From NCBI GenBank assembly GCA_021827925.1, contig JAKATZ010000024.1, positions 4,726 through 68,725 on the forward strand: a stretch of DNA of 64,000 bases, read 5' to 3'. A program made the position numbers and the translations under genes. Shown in pieces: positions 1 through 9,273 of this stretch. A model generated the notes under the pieces. The model saw only the letters and a program-made list of their open reading frames with translations. It was not told the origin of the DNA and did no database searches. This DNA comes from Candidatus Micrarchaeota archaeon. GTDB lineage: Archaea; Micrarchaeota; Micrarchaeia; Micrarchaeales; CABMGC01. Position 1 is the stretch's first letter. Every line of letters begins with the position of its first letter.

Positions 1-82
1 GTATGCCTATCGTATCTCCTTTCTTCAGGTGCCCTGGCTTTATCAAGTCCATTACATCCCTTGCATGCAGTAATATAAATCA

Positions 83-733
83 TTGAAACGTATCATATTT
101 ATCATGTACGCTAGCAGAAGGACAGAAGGGGATGGCATAGCAGCGCAGGTAACACTGATAGTCCTTGGAAAGGCAACGCATATGGGTCCGGGAGGGGAGC
201 ATATGCTCTCGCCAAGAGGGGATGCCGTGATGAAAGCCTCGGTTGCAAGTTACATGATGCACAAGGAGAGCGGCCACAAGGTCCGTGTGTATTATACAGG
301 AGGTGCACCTAATTTCACAGTTGCACAGAATGCCATTCCGATTTTGAGAAGGAGCGTGCCCGGAGTCTCGCAGGCAGAATTGTTCAGGAACATAGCCGTT
401 TCGCATTACGGAGTTCAGGAAGGGGATACAGTGGCGATAGCCAAAGGGTCAGACCTCATGCAGAACCTGCGCAATGCGAAGAGGAGGCTCGATCAGGATG
501 GCGCAAGAGACATTACGACAGTTGAGATACACGTAGACGGATACCAGTCAGGAAGGGCGGCGATGGTCGCGAAGAGTACGTTTAGAGGATATGAATATAG
601 CGTGCGCCCGGCTTATGCTGAGAGGGGCAGAGCAATGGCAGCATTTGAATGTTGTTGTTACGAGCCGATAGAAACTGTATACATGTTCGCTGCGCTTAGG
701 CTGCATGACCTTTTTGAAGACAGAAGGAAATAG
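83..733 (+). CDS. DUF218/YdcF-like protein (tentative)
   Basis: 216-aa ORF. The pattern IVLG...LSPRGDAV...VYYTGG...VSQAELF...GDTVAI resembles the YdcF/SanA (DUF218) family as I recall it. The start is uncertain because there are several in-frame Met codons. Confidence 0.4.
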   Translation: MKRIIFIMYASRRTEGDGIAAQVTLIVLGKATHMGPGGEHMLSPRGDAVMKASVASYMMHKESGHKVRVYYTGGAPNFTVAQNAIPILRRSVPGVSQAELFRNIAVSHYGVQEGDTVAIAKGSDLMQNLRNAKRRLDQDGARDITTVEIHVDGYQSGRAAMVAKSTFRGYEYSVRPAYAERGRAMAAFECCCYEPIETVYMFAALRLHDLFEDRRK

Positions 734-781
734 ATTTCCGCAGGTCTGCAGAGGATAGGAGTAGAAAGGAAGAAAGCAGGT

Positions 782-1150
782 TTACTGCTTCTTCCTCTTT
801 ATTATCTTTACTTTTGCGGGTGTTATGAGTATTCTGCTCTCGTCTATCTGGCCTATGTCCCCGTTAGTCTTCTCGATGTATGCCTTGAGCTTCGTAACTA
901 TGCTATTCCTCGTAGTAGGCCTTTTGTTAAGCTCGGATATATCCAACAGTATTATGTTTCTCTTTGAGAGTTCATCCTGTATCGGCTCCACATCGTCCTC
1001 GCTTACAGCGGTGACTGGCTTTACGTACATGTCCGCAGGTTCATGGAGAAGATCTACGTCCTCCATTTCCGCTGAATTCATGTACTCCTCTATATTCATC
1101 TCCTTTGCGGAGGAACCGAATGCTTGGCCAAGCTTGCTAAAAACTCCCAT
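782..1150 (-). CDS. sepF: Cell division protein SepF (archaeal FtsZ anchor, DUF552)
   Basis: 122-aa ORF with an N-terminal amphipathic MGVFSKLGQAF, an acidic linker and a C-terminal core (VKPV...DDVEPIQDELSKRNIILLDISEL...GDIGQIDESRILITPAKVKI) typical of SepF. Confidence 0.65.
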   Translation of the reverse strand: MGVFSKLGQAFGSSAKEMNIEEYMNSAEMEDVDLLHEPADMYVKPVTAVSEDDVEPIQDELSKRNIILLDISELNKRPTTRNSIVTKLKAYIEKTNGDIGQIDESRILITPAKVKIIKRKKQ

Positions 1151-1255
1151 TTTATCGCCAGTTTGTTCTGGATAGACATGTACGAATAGGTATTAAAAAC
1201 TTTCGCATGGCGGACGCGACAGCAGATATAACGCAGCTCGTGGCCCGCATTCCGG

Positions 1256-1900
1256 CTATCGCTCTGCCTGCGGCGGGACTCCGTCGCGTATTAGACGTGA
1301 TATGGAGGCTTTTGAAAGCCCGTTGTGCGCAGGGAGTGATGCTTCCCGCAGGGAGGGCAGCATGCCGAGGACGGAGAATGGGTCGGAGCAGACGCACACA
1401 CTTGCAGAAGCCTCGCGCAGTCGTGCCGTCCCCTGAGAAGACCTTGCGATCCATGCGAACTGCTTTGCTGCAAGCTCAATGGTGGCAGAGGATAGCCCGA
1501 GACCATGCATCTTCGTCAGAGCAGCGTGCGCTATCGCGGTGCGTTCGGCCCTCTCTCCGATCGAATCGGAAGGAGCGGACCATACGTCGTAAAGATGACC
1601 GGAGGAAGCATGGGATATTCTTGAGAGCGATATCATAAGGCGGATGGAAGCAGAAGCATGGCGGCGCGCTTCGGCAGTTGATAAAGGACCTTCGGTGGCC
1701 TTTGAGATCTGGCTGGCCATCCATCCGAACCAGAATGCACGCAGAGTAGATGCTGGTTCTGCTATCTCTTCGGAGTAGAGCTCAGCCATCCTTTTGTGAA
1801 CATCTGCCGCTACGGATCCTCCTAGAAGCCGCAATACGTCTGCGACGTACCTCTTCCCGGTGGCGTCTGGCATTTTTATCTCTCCTGCGTGTATTTTCAT
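1256..1900 (-). CDS. Hypothetical protein in a locally GC-rich, CGN-Arg-using segment
   Basis: 214-aa ORF that is Ala/Ser/Arg-rich and helical-looking. I recognise no family motif. It competes with a 143-aa plus-strand ORF at 1207..1638. Confidence 0.35.
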   Translation of the reverse strand: MKIHAGEIKMPDATGKRYVADVLRLLGGSVAADVHKRMAELYSEEIAEPASTLRAFWFGWMASQISKATEGPLSTAEARRHASASIRLMISLSRISHASSGHLYDVWSAPSDSIGERAERTAIAHAALTKMHGLGLSSATIELAAKQFAWIARSSQGTARLREASASVCVCSDPFSVLGMLPSLREASLPAHNGLSKASISRLIRDGVPPQAER

Positions 1901-1960
1901 GGTGATCAGGTTATCTGCTTTCTGGGCATGATATTTATGCTTTGCTGAAGGATTGAATTC

Positions 1961-4090
1961 TCATGCGCTTACCTGCGCCCATATCTTCTGCGCGACCTCC
2001 CTGCCGAAGAGCTTTGTGAGCATGGCTTCAGACCCTTTTTCCCTGAGTTCGGCGACGCTCCGTATGTTTCCGGAGTGCAGGACCCTTGCCCTAACCCTTC
2101 CAACTTGCTCTAGGCGCACGAGATCAAGAAGCTCCTTCTTTATCCCGTATTTTGTCCTGACCCTCACCTCCAGTATCTTGGCAGGGCTCATGTGCATTAG
2201 CCTTGCAATCTCGGCGCTTGCGTGCAGCAGCCAGTCGGCATTCTGTATCTTTGTAAAGAGGGAACCAGGAGTCTCGCCGTATTTCTTAGTGATGAGATAT
2301 TCATTCGCCTCGCTTATCCATTCGTCAAGCATCAGCGCCGTGCTGAAAGGCCGCTCGGGCTCGTAGTGGGAGAGCTGGTATGCGAATTCGCTGTCGATCA
2401 GATGGTTGTAATCAGGCATCCTCTCCCATGCATCCTCAGCTACCTTTGAGTACGGAACCATCTCAGGAGTATTGGATACCATGAATAGGATGCCAAGGTC
2501 GTCCTTTGCCTTTGGTATCGAATCGATCATCCATTTCGCGGAGATGGGATTTATGTATAATTCGCTCACCCTCCTGCCTATCCTCGTTGCTGAGAAGATG
2601 CCTTCATTATCCTCTATGAATTTCCATTCCTGCAGCTCGCGCAGTACCATTGTGGTTATGCGCTTGAGTTCCTCTGAACTCCCATACTGGTACCCGTAAA
2701 AGGTTTCGGAAAGAAAGCCAAGCATGGAATCCTCCCTGTGAAGGAACCCGGAAGCTATGAAGGAGAGGAGATGCATCCTCAACACGGGCAGCACCCCTAT
2801 CTTCGATACTATCGGAGATAGCTCCGCGTCGATGTACCGTTTCCACAGCTCCTTGAGCTCGGCCTTGCTTCTCGCTATCAGCATGGCTCTCCCCTCGGTA
2901 TCGTACTTTGGCCTGCCCGCCCTACCGAAGAGCTGGGCCACCTCATTGGCGCCTATCTTTACGCTTCCTTCTCCGCCGCGATACCTGGTTGTGTCCCTTA
3001 CCACCACAGTATGCGCAGGCAGATTGACACCTATCCCGAGAGTAGTCGTTGAACATAGAACCTTTATCTCGCCGTTCTTGAATGCATCCTCAACCTCGCG
3101 GCGCTGCTCATTCACAAGGCCGCTATGATGGAAGGCTATGCCATTCCCCACAAGGCCAGATAGCTTCTCGCACTGAAGGGTGGGCTTTCCCAATGCTGAG
3201 AGGATGCGCTTTCCGGATTCCATTAACAGTGGTTTGGTTTCTTCCTTCAGGTACCTGGCGGTAAGCTTCGAGAGCCTTTCGGCCCCGGCTTCCGCGTTCC
3301 TCTTCGTAGCGTAGAATAATATTGCCTGCTTTCCTCTTCGTAGAGTGTCTTCTGTTATCCTTGCCTCCGGAGTCTTCCCTTCGCTCTCAAGTCGTTCCTC
3401 TTTGCCATTGAGATAGCTGACGATGCCTTCCAGCTCCACGCCTTTTTCAAGCGGAACAGGACGGTAGCTGCTCTCGACCAGGCCGGAGCCGAGCCAGTCC
3501 CTCAGCTCCTGCGCGTTGCCGATGGTTGCGCTCAGGGCTATGAACTGCGCATCGCTGCAGACACGCTTCAGTCTTGTCAGGAGTATCTCAAGGGTAGGCC
3601 CTCTGCCAATCTCGTCAAGCAGGTGTATCTCGTCGAATATGATGCAGCCTATGGATTCTAGCCAGCTTATGCCCCTGCGCATCAGGCTGTCGAACTTCTC
3701 CGTTGATACGAATATTATGTCGTACTCCCCAAGCCAGCTGTCAAGGGAGTCAAGATCGCCTATCGATAGCGCTACTTTCACGAAAGGATAAGAGCTCTTG
3801 AACTCGTCGTACTTCTCGCTCGCTAGGGCGCGCATCGGGGCTATGTACACGGCTTTCTTGAATTGCCACAGGACGGTGCGCAGCATAGCCATCTCGGCTA
3901 TGAATGTCTTTCCGCTGGCGGTAGGAGCTGCAACTACAATGCTTCTCCCTGATAGAAGGCCCTCATTAACAGCGATCTCCTGAGGAGGAGTCAGTTCCAC
4001 GACTCCGCGCTTAGCCGCCTCTGCAATCACTTCGTCGGGCAGCCTGCCCTTCAGCTCTGTCATGCGCATCGATAAGGACCCTGCAGCCAC
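1961..4090 (-). CDS. hel308: Ski2-like DNA helicase Hel308
   Basis: 709 aa. Walker A is AAPTASGKTF and the DEAH-type box is FDEIHLL. Helicase motifs follow (SATIGN, HHSGL, TTTLGIGVNLPA, GRAGRP), and the C-terminal winged-helix/ratchet/HhH length is typical of Hel308. Confidence 0.9.
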   Translation of the reverse strand: MAAGSLSMRMTELKGRLPDEVIAEAAKRGVVELTPPQEIAVNEGLLSGRSIVVAAPTASGKTFIAEMAMLRTVLWQFKKAVYIAPMRALASEKYDEFKSSYPFVKVALSIGDLDSLDSWLGEYDIIFVSTEKFDSLMRRGISWLESIGCIIFDEIHLLDEIGRGPTLEILLTRLKRVCSDAQFIALSATIGNAQELRDWLGSGLVESSYRPVPLEKGVELEGIVSYLNGKEERLESEGKTPEARITEDTLRRGKQAILFYATKRNAEAGAERLSKLTARYLKEETKPLLMESGKRILSALGKPTLQCEKLSGLVGNGIAFHHSGLVNEQRREVEDAFKNGEIKVLCSTTTLGIGVNLPAHTVVVRDTTRYRGGEGSVKIGANEVAQLFGRAGRPKYDTEGRAMLIARSKAELKELWKRYIDAELSPIVSKIGVLPVLRMHLLSFIASGFLHREDSMLGFLSETFYGYQYGSSEELKRITTMVLRELQEWKFIEDNEGIFSATRIGRRVSELYINPISAKWMIDSIPKAKDDLGILFMVSNTPEMVPYSKVAEDAWERMPDYNHLIDSEFAYQLSHYEPERPFSTALMLDEWISEANEYLITKKYGETPGSLFTKIQNADWLLHASAEIARLMHMSPAKILEVRVRTKYGIKKELLDLVRLEQVGRVRARVLHSGNIRSVAELREKGSEAMLTKLFGREVAQKIWAQVSA

Positions 4091-4464
4091 AATTCCCCGC
4101 GGCAGTATCTTTTTATACCAGAAAGTGTACCGTTATGTTAGAAATTGTAAGGGTATAAAGAGGATTTGTACAAACATATATAAATATTGTATGCATCTTA
4201 TCTGCAAATAAAGAGCGAAAAAGGAACCGTTCAATATGCAACAAAGACCGTTTCTAGGAAAGATCGCAGGGATCGCAGTGGTTAGGGGCGGCTCAGTTCT
4301 GTCTAATCCTTCTGGCGTTAGCACGCATACAAATACCATTGGTATGTGAGATGAGCAATACTATAGCTTGCGCAGTTTATACTCCAGCCGTTCCTCTGTC
4401 TTCATACACTGATTCGCAGATACGGTATTTCGTTATTCATGCTGAAAAATATAGGTAGATAAGA

Positions 4465-4887
4465 ATGTTTGGTCCACACCTAACTATAGACATATATGGA
4501 TGCGATGAGGGTGCGCTAAGTTCCCCCGAGTGTATAAGGGAGATGCTGAACGAGATGCCAGAGATGCTCGGAATGCACAAAATATCGGAGCCGAGCATAC
4601 TTCCATACAGTGGAAAGGAAGGCTCTTTTGACAAGGGCGGAGTTTCCGCCTTTGTGATAATAGCCGAATCCCATATAAGCATACACACTTTTGTCTATCA
4701 GAAGTACGCTTCAGTAGACATCTTCTCCTGCAAGGAGTTCGATGTGGAAAAGGCGGTTAAGTATGTGACCGGCAAATTCAAGGCAAAGAAGGCCGAAAGG
4801 AATTTCATAATGCGCGGGCGGGAATTCCCTAAAGAAGTAAGCAAGGCAAAGGTAATAGTAAGGAACCAGAGGCACAGCCTCTACTGA
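4465..4887 (+). CDS. speH: Pyruvoyl-dependent S-adenosylmethionine decarboxylase proenzyme (SpeH/SpeD class 1)
   Basis: 140 aa. G.HL.ID.YGC is present, as is the self-cleavage motif AESHISIHTF. Confidence 0.85.
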   Translation: MFGPHLTIDIYGCDEGALSSPECIREMLNEMPEMLGMHKISEPSILPYSGKEGSFDKGGVSAFVIIAESHISIHTFVYQKYASVDIFSCKEFDVEKAVKYVTGKFKAKKAERNFIMRGREFPKEVSKAKVIVRNQRHSLY

Positions 4888-4908
4888 GGAAGAGCCATTG
4901 CAAGAGGC

Positions 4909-4928
4909 GTCCCGCCGCAAGGCGGGAC
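4909..4928. terminator. Perfect 8-bp GC-rich hairpin between convergent genes
   Basis: GTCCCGCC-gcaa-GGCGGGAC read directly. It sits 22 nt after the speH stop and upstream of the 3' end of the convergent flavin reductase gene. Confidence 0.35.
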
Positions 4929-4976
4929 TGCCACCATATCTTTTCGTGCTTATGTGAAATGCCAGGGATTGCCAGA

Positions 4977-5570
4977 TCAATCCTTCCTGTGTTTGGAGAC
5001 CACATCCCCCATATCCTCAAGCGCCTTAGCATCCGGCTTCTGCACTTCGGCGCCTATCTTGTAATACTTCCGCTTATGGTAGATTATGGGATTCGCATCA
5101 GTGTACGATGCTTTTACAACATAACCGATATACATTATGTGGCTGCCCAGCTTTCTGTGCTCCACGACCTTGCACTCGTAGTTGGCCGCAGCACCCTCGA
5201 CCATGTGTGCGTTTATCTTTTCAGCCTTGTAGAATTTGACGCCGAGTTCTTCAAGAGTCTTTACCTTGTCGACCTCCCTGCCCGAGTAATTGCCGGCTAT
5301 GCTTCCCGCCACATTATGGCTTTCAGCAGCAAGACTGACTCCGAACTCGTTGGTTGCCTTTATGTTCTCGTTAGTAGCGTCAAGGGGATTTAGGCATACT
5401 GCAAGCAGAAAAGGATCGGATGAAACCCTGTGGACCCATTCTGCGGACATGACATTATTACCTACTGGGCCGTTGCTAGTCACCAGTCCGACATTGGTAA
5501 TTAGTTTCCTCCCTGCGTTTATAGTATTCTCGTCCATACGGACATATTGGCTCCCATGATTATTAAGCAT
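4977..5570 (-). CDS. Flavin reductase-like FMN-binding domain protein
   Basis: 197 aa. VGLVTSNGPVGNNVMSAEWVHRVSSDPFLLAVCL matches the flavin-reductase-like domain pattern. Confidence 0.7.
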   Translation of the reverse strand: MLNNHGSQYVRMDENTINAGRKLITNVGLVTSNGPVGNNVMSAEWVHRVSSDPFLLAVCLNPLDATNENIKATNEFGVSLAAESHNVAGSIAGNYSGREVDKVKTLEELGVKFYKAEKINAHMVEGAAANYECKVVEHRKLGSHIMYIGYVVKASYTDANPIIYHKRKYYKIGAEVQKPDAKALEDMGDVVSKHRKD

Positions 5571-5655
5571 TGCACTGTAGGAACTGCGTAGCCTGTGTGG
5601 CAGTAGGGGCGCCAGGATTGGGTTTATTATCTTTTATGTGAATCATATTAGCAAT

Positions 5656-5766
5656 GCCCTGGTAGCTCAGTGGTAGAGCGCTTGTCTTGTAAATAAACTT
5701 CTTAGAAAGAAGTTTAATCAAGAACTGGAAAACAAGAAGTCGGGGGTTCAATTCCCTCTCAGGGCT
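5656..5766 (+). tRNA. tRNA-Thr (anticodon UGU) with a ~39-nt intron
   Basis: Cloverleaf read by eye. The acceptor is GCCCTGG/TCAGGGC and the D arm is GCTC-AGTGGTA-GAGC. The anticodon stem is CTTGT/ACAAG with loop CTTGTAA, and the T arm is GGGGG-TTCAATT-CCCTC. An insert at about 5692..5730, 3' of the anticodon, holds a perfect 9-bp hairpin AAACTTCTT-aga-AAGAAGTTT. Confidence 0.85.
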
Positions 5767-5852
5767 ATTAAGCCAAGAGCCGCGAACCTCAGCCGTTTTG
5801 TATGGTTTTAAATATTATTCCTGACCAATAACTGGTGTGCCGTTGTGACACC

Positions 5853-6320
5853 ATGGAAGCGGATCCGATCGTAGAAGATGCCGACGATATGCTGATTGGA
5901 GAAGGGGACGAAGAATCAGGTGAAGAGGGAGGGAAAGAGGCATATCCCACCACACCCATGGTTGAAGATAAGGAAACTGAAGATGAGATCAATAGACTTG
6001 ATGATGCCATAGTTGGTGAAGAGAAAGCTGCGGGTGTCTTTGAAAATAATACAGTCAGCATGGTTGGATTAGCTGTAGTGATGGTTATCGGGTCTCTGAT
6101 GAGCCTTTCTTATGTTATTGCGTTGAACAATGGCGGAGAGCTTCTTATTATTATTATTCTGTATGGATTAGCAATAGCCCTGGTTATTGCGTTCTGGAAA
6201 AAATATATGCGAAACATATATGTGGCAATGATTGCATGGTCTTTTCTCTTCGGGGGCCCGTGGGGTGCGCTATTCTTTTATTATGTGATAGCTCAGAGTA
6301 GGGGTTACTCAATAGGATGA
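5853..6320 (+). CDS. Hypothetical membrane protein with an acidic N-terminal domain
   Basis: The ORF track gives 5835..6320 with a GTG start; the first ATG is at 5853. It has a very acidic ~70-aa N-terminus followed by 3-4 hydrophobic helices. Confidence 0.5.
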   Translation: MEADPIVEDADDMLIGEGDEESGEEGGKEAYPTTPMVEDKETEDEINRLDDAIVGEEKAAGVFENNTVSMVGLAVVMVIGSLMSLSYVIALNNGGELLIIIILYGLAIALVIAFWKKYMRNIYVAMIAWSFLFGGPWGALFFYYVIAQSRGYSIG

Positions 6321-6338
6321 TCATGCCCATAGGCGCAC

Positions 6339-7138
6339 GTGCAGATTGATCGTATGAATAATGTCCTCAAGCGCTTTGTTCTTTATATTGCCGCACTGCC
6401 GATTTTCTTGTTAATGGCAGCAGGAATTGTAGCGTATGCCAAAAACGCGCAGCCAACGGTGCAGTGGATAGGATATATAGCTGCCACAAATGCAAGCAAT
6501 CCTGCGCGTTCTGTAACCTTCGTCAATGGCTCCTGGATAGTCCCGCTCCTTGGTCCTGGCCTGTTTGCAAGGACTTTTCATCTTCCATGGGATGCAAAGG
6601 AATGGATAGGGATTGGGGGCTATGACAACGATCCCACTATCGTTCAGATCGGGACTGAGACGACTTATTACGGGAATGATACAACGAGCTATTACGCATG
6701 GTATGAATACTTCAATAGCAGTTACAGGACGACCAACAGAAAGAAGGTTATAGCAAACTTTACAATTAACCCTGGAGACATCATGTACGCTAGCGTAAAT
6801 GCATTGCAAACTGTTCTTCTTCACCGCAGCGCTGGTCCATTATTCTAGAGGATGTGTCTGCCAGGGAGAAGTTTCAGAACGCCTCCGTATTTAATGCTAC
6901 AAGAACATATGCGGATTGGGTAGTTGAGGTTTTGCCTAAAGCGGACATATTTTCACAATACTTCGTTAATATGACGCATGTGTTTTTTGGCCAGACATAC
7001 ACAGGCATAGAATCGGATTATGCTACAGTAGGCAATATCACAGGTCCGATCGGACTTTTGAATCACAGCAGGATAAATCAATCGGATATAGAGCACGCAT
7101 CAGGACTGTATGATAATGCCAGCTTTACGATAAGATGA
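6339..7138 (+). pseudogene. Peptidase G1 (eqolisin/glutamic peptidase) family gene split by a frameshift
   Basis: ORF 6339..6848 carries W.GY.A and WIGIGGYDNDPTIVQIGT (catalytic Gln context) and YYAWYEYF. ORF 6854..7138, in another frame, carries YADWVVEV (catalytic Glu context). The second frame is open back to 6794 and reads ...RWSIILEDVSAREKF, so the two halves overlap around 6800..6850. Confidence 0.6.
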
Positions 7139-7228
7139 TCTACCTGGCAGTGATGCTACGCTAAGTATTAGAGGCAAGAGATTGTTGAATATCTGTACAT
7201 ATTATTTTAACGACAATTATTTGTCATT

Positions 7229-7679
7229 TTACATCATCTTCTGGCTTTTGCCTCTTTCGCATGTGTAGTCAGATGGAAGATGCGCAGTGAATGAGCCAGA
7301 CGGAGGAGATTCTGCTGTTGCTGCGTACTTGGAAAGTACAATGCAGATACTTGGCTTTTTCCGCACTGCATCGTGCAATGATGCGATAGTCTCATCCAGG
7401 ATAATTGTACAGATTCCTTCTCCGTGCAGCGGTGAGGGCGGTATCGAGCACCTGCGCGCCTGTTTTTGGATTTCCGGAGATTCCGCCGATAAGCACGCCC
7501 CGTATAACGCCATGGAGATAGTTTTCATCTCCTCGTCTCAGGCCGCTAAGTTCTTCCAGCTTTCTAAGCAGGGGTTTTGCCTGCACTCCGTAAATTCCTC
7601 GCATAGGAGATGTTGTTAGTGCTCTTTCGAATGCGGAGGTTTGTGGCAATTCGGGGTTCAGAACTATCCTAAGGGTCAT
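7229..7679 (-). pseudogene. Possible frameshifted gene (two overlapping same-strand ORFs), function unknown
   Basis: ORFs 7392..7679 (95 aa) and 7229..7528 (99 aa) overlap on the same strand in different frames. I recognise no family. Confidence 0.2.
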
Positions 7680-7836
7680 CGGATCACATGGCTTTTCTGC
7701 TTTGTTGGCTTATAAAGCTTTTCTGCTAGGAATTAGAGGATAGCAGGCTTGCATTACGGCAATACGGGCGCGTTTTCAGGAAAAGGAATTGGGTACCGGA
7801 GTTACCAGTCACAAGACCCAAAAGAATAAAAGAGAG

Positions 7837-8016
7837 ATGCGGGTAATATCGGCGATTGATATGTGCAAGGCTTGTCATGCGATGATAGGATGCAGCTGTT
7901 ACTGCAAGAAAGAATGGCACGCCAACGTGAACGAAGGCAGTACTGGAGGGAAGGGGGAGTTCTGCACGAAATGCAACCACCCGTTCAGGGAAGAAAGCGT
8001 TGGAGTAACAATATAG
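7837..8016 (+). CDS. Small zinc-ribbon-like Cys-rich protein (tentative)
   Basis: Internal ATG of ORF 7789..8016. It has CKAC...C.C...CTKC cysteine pairs. It competes with an antisense ORF at 7726..7980. Confidence 0.3.
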   Translation: MRVISAIDMCKACHAMIGCSCYCKKEWHANVNEGSTGGKGEFCTKCNHPFREESVGVTI

Positions 8017-8099
8017 TTTGATACCAAGCGTTAGAAGATATTACGTTAGGCTGTCATATTTTTCAGCCTTCTCGGTGTGTGATGGCGGCCTTTTTGCAT

Positions 8100-9056
8100 T
8101 CATAGGATTGTGAGCAAGGCAGGAGTGGTGGCAATTGCCAGCGCGGTGCCAATGCTGATGCAAAGGAGGATGGGGGGAAGCGCGGGAATAGGTTTCTTTA
8201 ATCTGTTGGAAACGTAAAAGGCGAAGAGTATGCCTACTGCAAATGAGAGAAACATTATTGCAAAAGGAAGGCCCAGCTGCTCCGATATGCCCCGTGACAT
8301 GGCTGCGGGAATTATGGAAAGCACGAACGCGCCGGGAATGACCACATCCCCGGCTCCGAGCGCTGCGCCAGTGCCTGCGCGCTTCCTACTCCGCCCTGAA
8401 GAGTTACCGGAATCGAACCTTGAAACAAGGTCCTTAATGCTTCCGGATACGAAAAGCACGGGAAGCGGATCGCCTTCGAGCGAGATGCGCGAAAGCGTCA
8501 GCATGTGCTTGGTCTTGAAGACTGCGAGATAATCGTATACGGAGAAACCTACGAAGAGAATATATAGGTACAGAGGTACGACCTGCGTTGCCAGGCCTGT
8601 CATCATGTACACGGATACCGATACTGTGAATAGATTCAGGTACTTCTCCCTGCGGGTGAAATAAAGAAACACTGATAGAGCAAGAAGCCCAAACGGCAGG
8701 AAGAGAAGGGTGTAGTTCGAATTGTGCGAGGAGAGCGGAGTAGGCACTCCGAATGCGCCCAGAAGGAGTAGCAGGCCGTCGCCTAGGTATAATGCGGAAA
8801 GCGGCACCATCAGGCCGGTTAGAAAACCAAGCGCTCTGCGAATGTTGGGTTTCTTCTTAAGCCCAAATTTTATAATTATAGCAGAGAAGGCCGCAAGGAG
8901 GATAAACTGGAATGCGAGATATCCTTCCCCTGTTGTGCCGTTTATCTGCTGCAGGGAGTGGGAAGCGGTCAGATACTGTGAGTAAAGAAGCGTAGCCCCG
9001 GATGCTATTGCAAATGTCAGAACCGAGACAGCGAAAAGCTTAGCCCTATCATACAT
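8100..9056 (-). CDS. Presenilin/signal-peptide-peptidase homologue (GxGD intramembrane aspartyl protease, A22)
   Basis: 318-aa polytopic protein with the three signature motifs in order: FSVYDYLAVF (YD), ALGAGDVVIPG (GxGD) and IPALPPILL (PAL). Confidence 0.8.
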   Translation of the reverse strand: MYDRAKLFAVSVLTFAIASGATLLYSQYLTASHSLQQINGTTGEGYLAFQFILLAAFSAIIIKFGLKKKPNIRRALGFLTGLMVPLSALYLGDGLLLLLGAFGVPTPLSSHNSNYTLLFLPFGLLALSVFLYFTRREKYLNLFTVSVSVYMMTGLATQVVPLYLYILFVGFSVYDYLAVFKTKHMLTLSRISLEGDPLPVLFVSGSIKDLVSRFDSGNSSGRSRKRAGTGAALGAGDVVIPGAFVLSIIPAAMSRGISEQLGLPFAIMFLSFAVGILFAFYVSNRLKKPIPALPPILLCISIGTALAIATTPALLTIL

Positions 9057-9273
9057 TCATTTGCACCGGTATCGCAACTGTTTATGCTAGTAAAATACGC
9101 AATAGTATTGCAATCTATGAGTATTTATATCCTAGCTGAATGCCAACCGTGACATCATCGCGCGCACGGATGGCGCAGTGTCTCCTGCCACTTTTTAACC
9201 CGGACACTGCCGTACGCATGCGGCAGATAGTGTTGTTTAGGAAGGAAGCAGGTAAAAGAATAGCCGAAGGAGG

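Noticed and set aside
1207-1638. 143-aa plus-strand ORF in the GC-rich segment
   Set aside because: It is Arg-rich and low-complexity, and shorter than the competing minus-strand ORF. Neither is well supported, so I listed the longer one at low confidence.
1200-1900. RNase P RNA or SRP RNA hidden in the GC-rich segment
   Set aside because: I could not find the conserved strings I associate with them, such as GAGGAAAGUCC for RNase P. Only a covariance-model scan could settle this.
4091-4464. AT-rich 375-nt divergent intergenic region: ORF 4133..4339, a 37-codon plus-strand ORF at 4236..4349, and a gatcgcag direct repeat around 4262..4278
   Set aside because: It most likely holds divergent promoters for hel308 and speH. 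The ORFs are short and hydrophobic or low-complexity. I saw no recognisable riboswitch or ncRNA signature.
5563-5751. 62-aa minus-strand ORF
   Set aside because: It overlaps the tRNA-Thr gene almost entirely.
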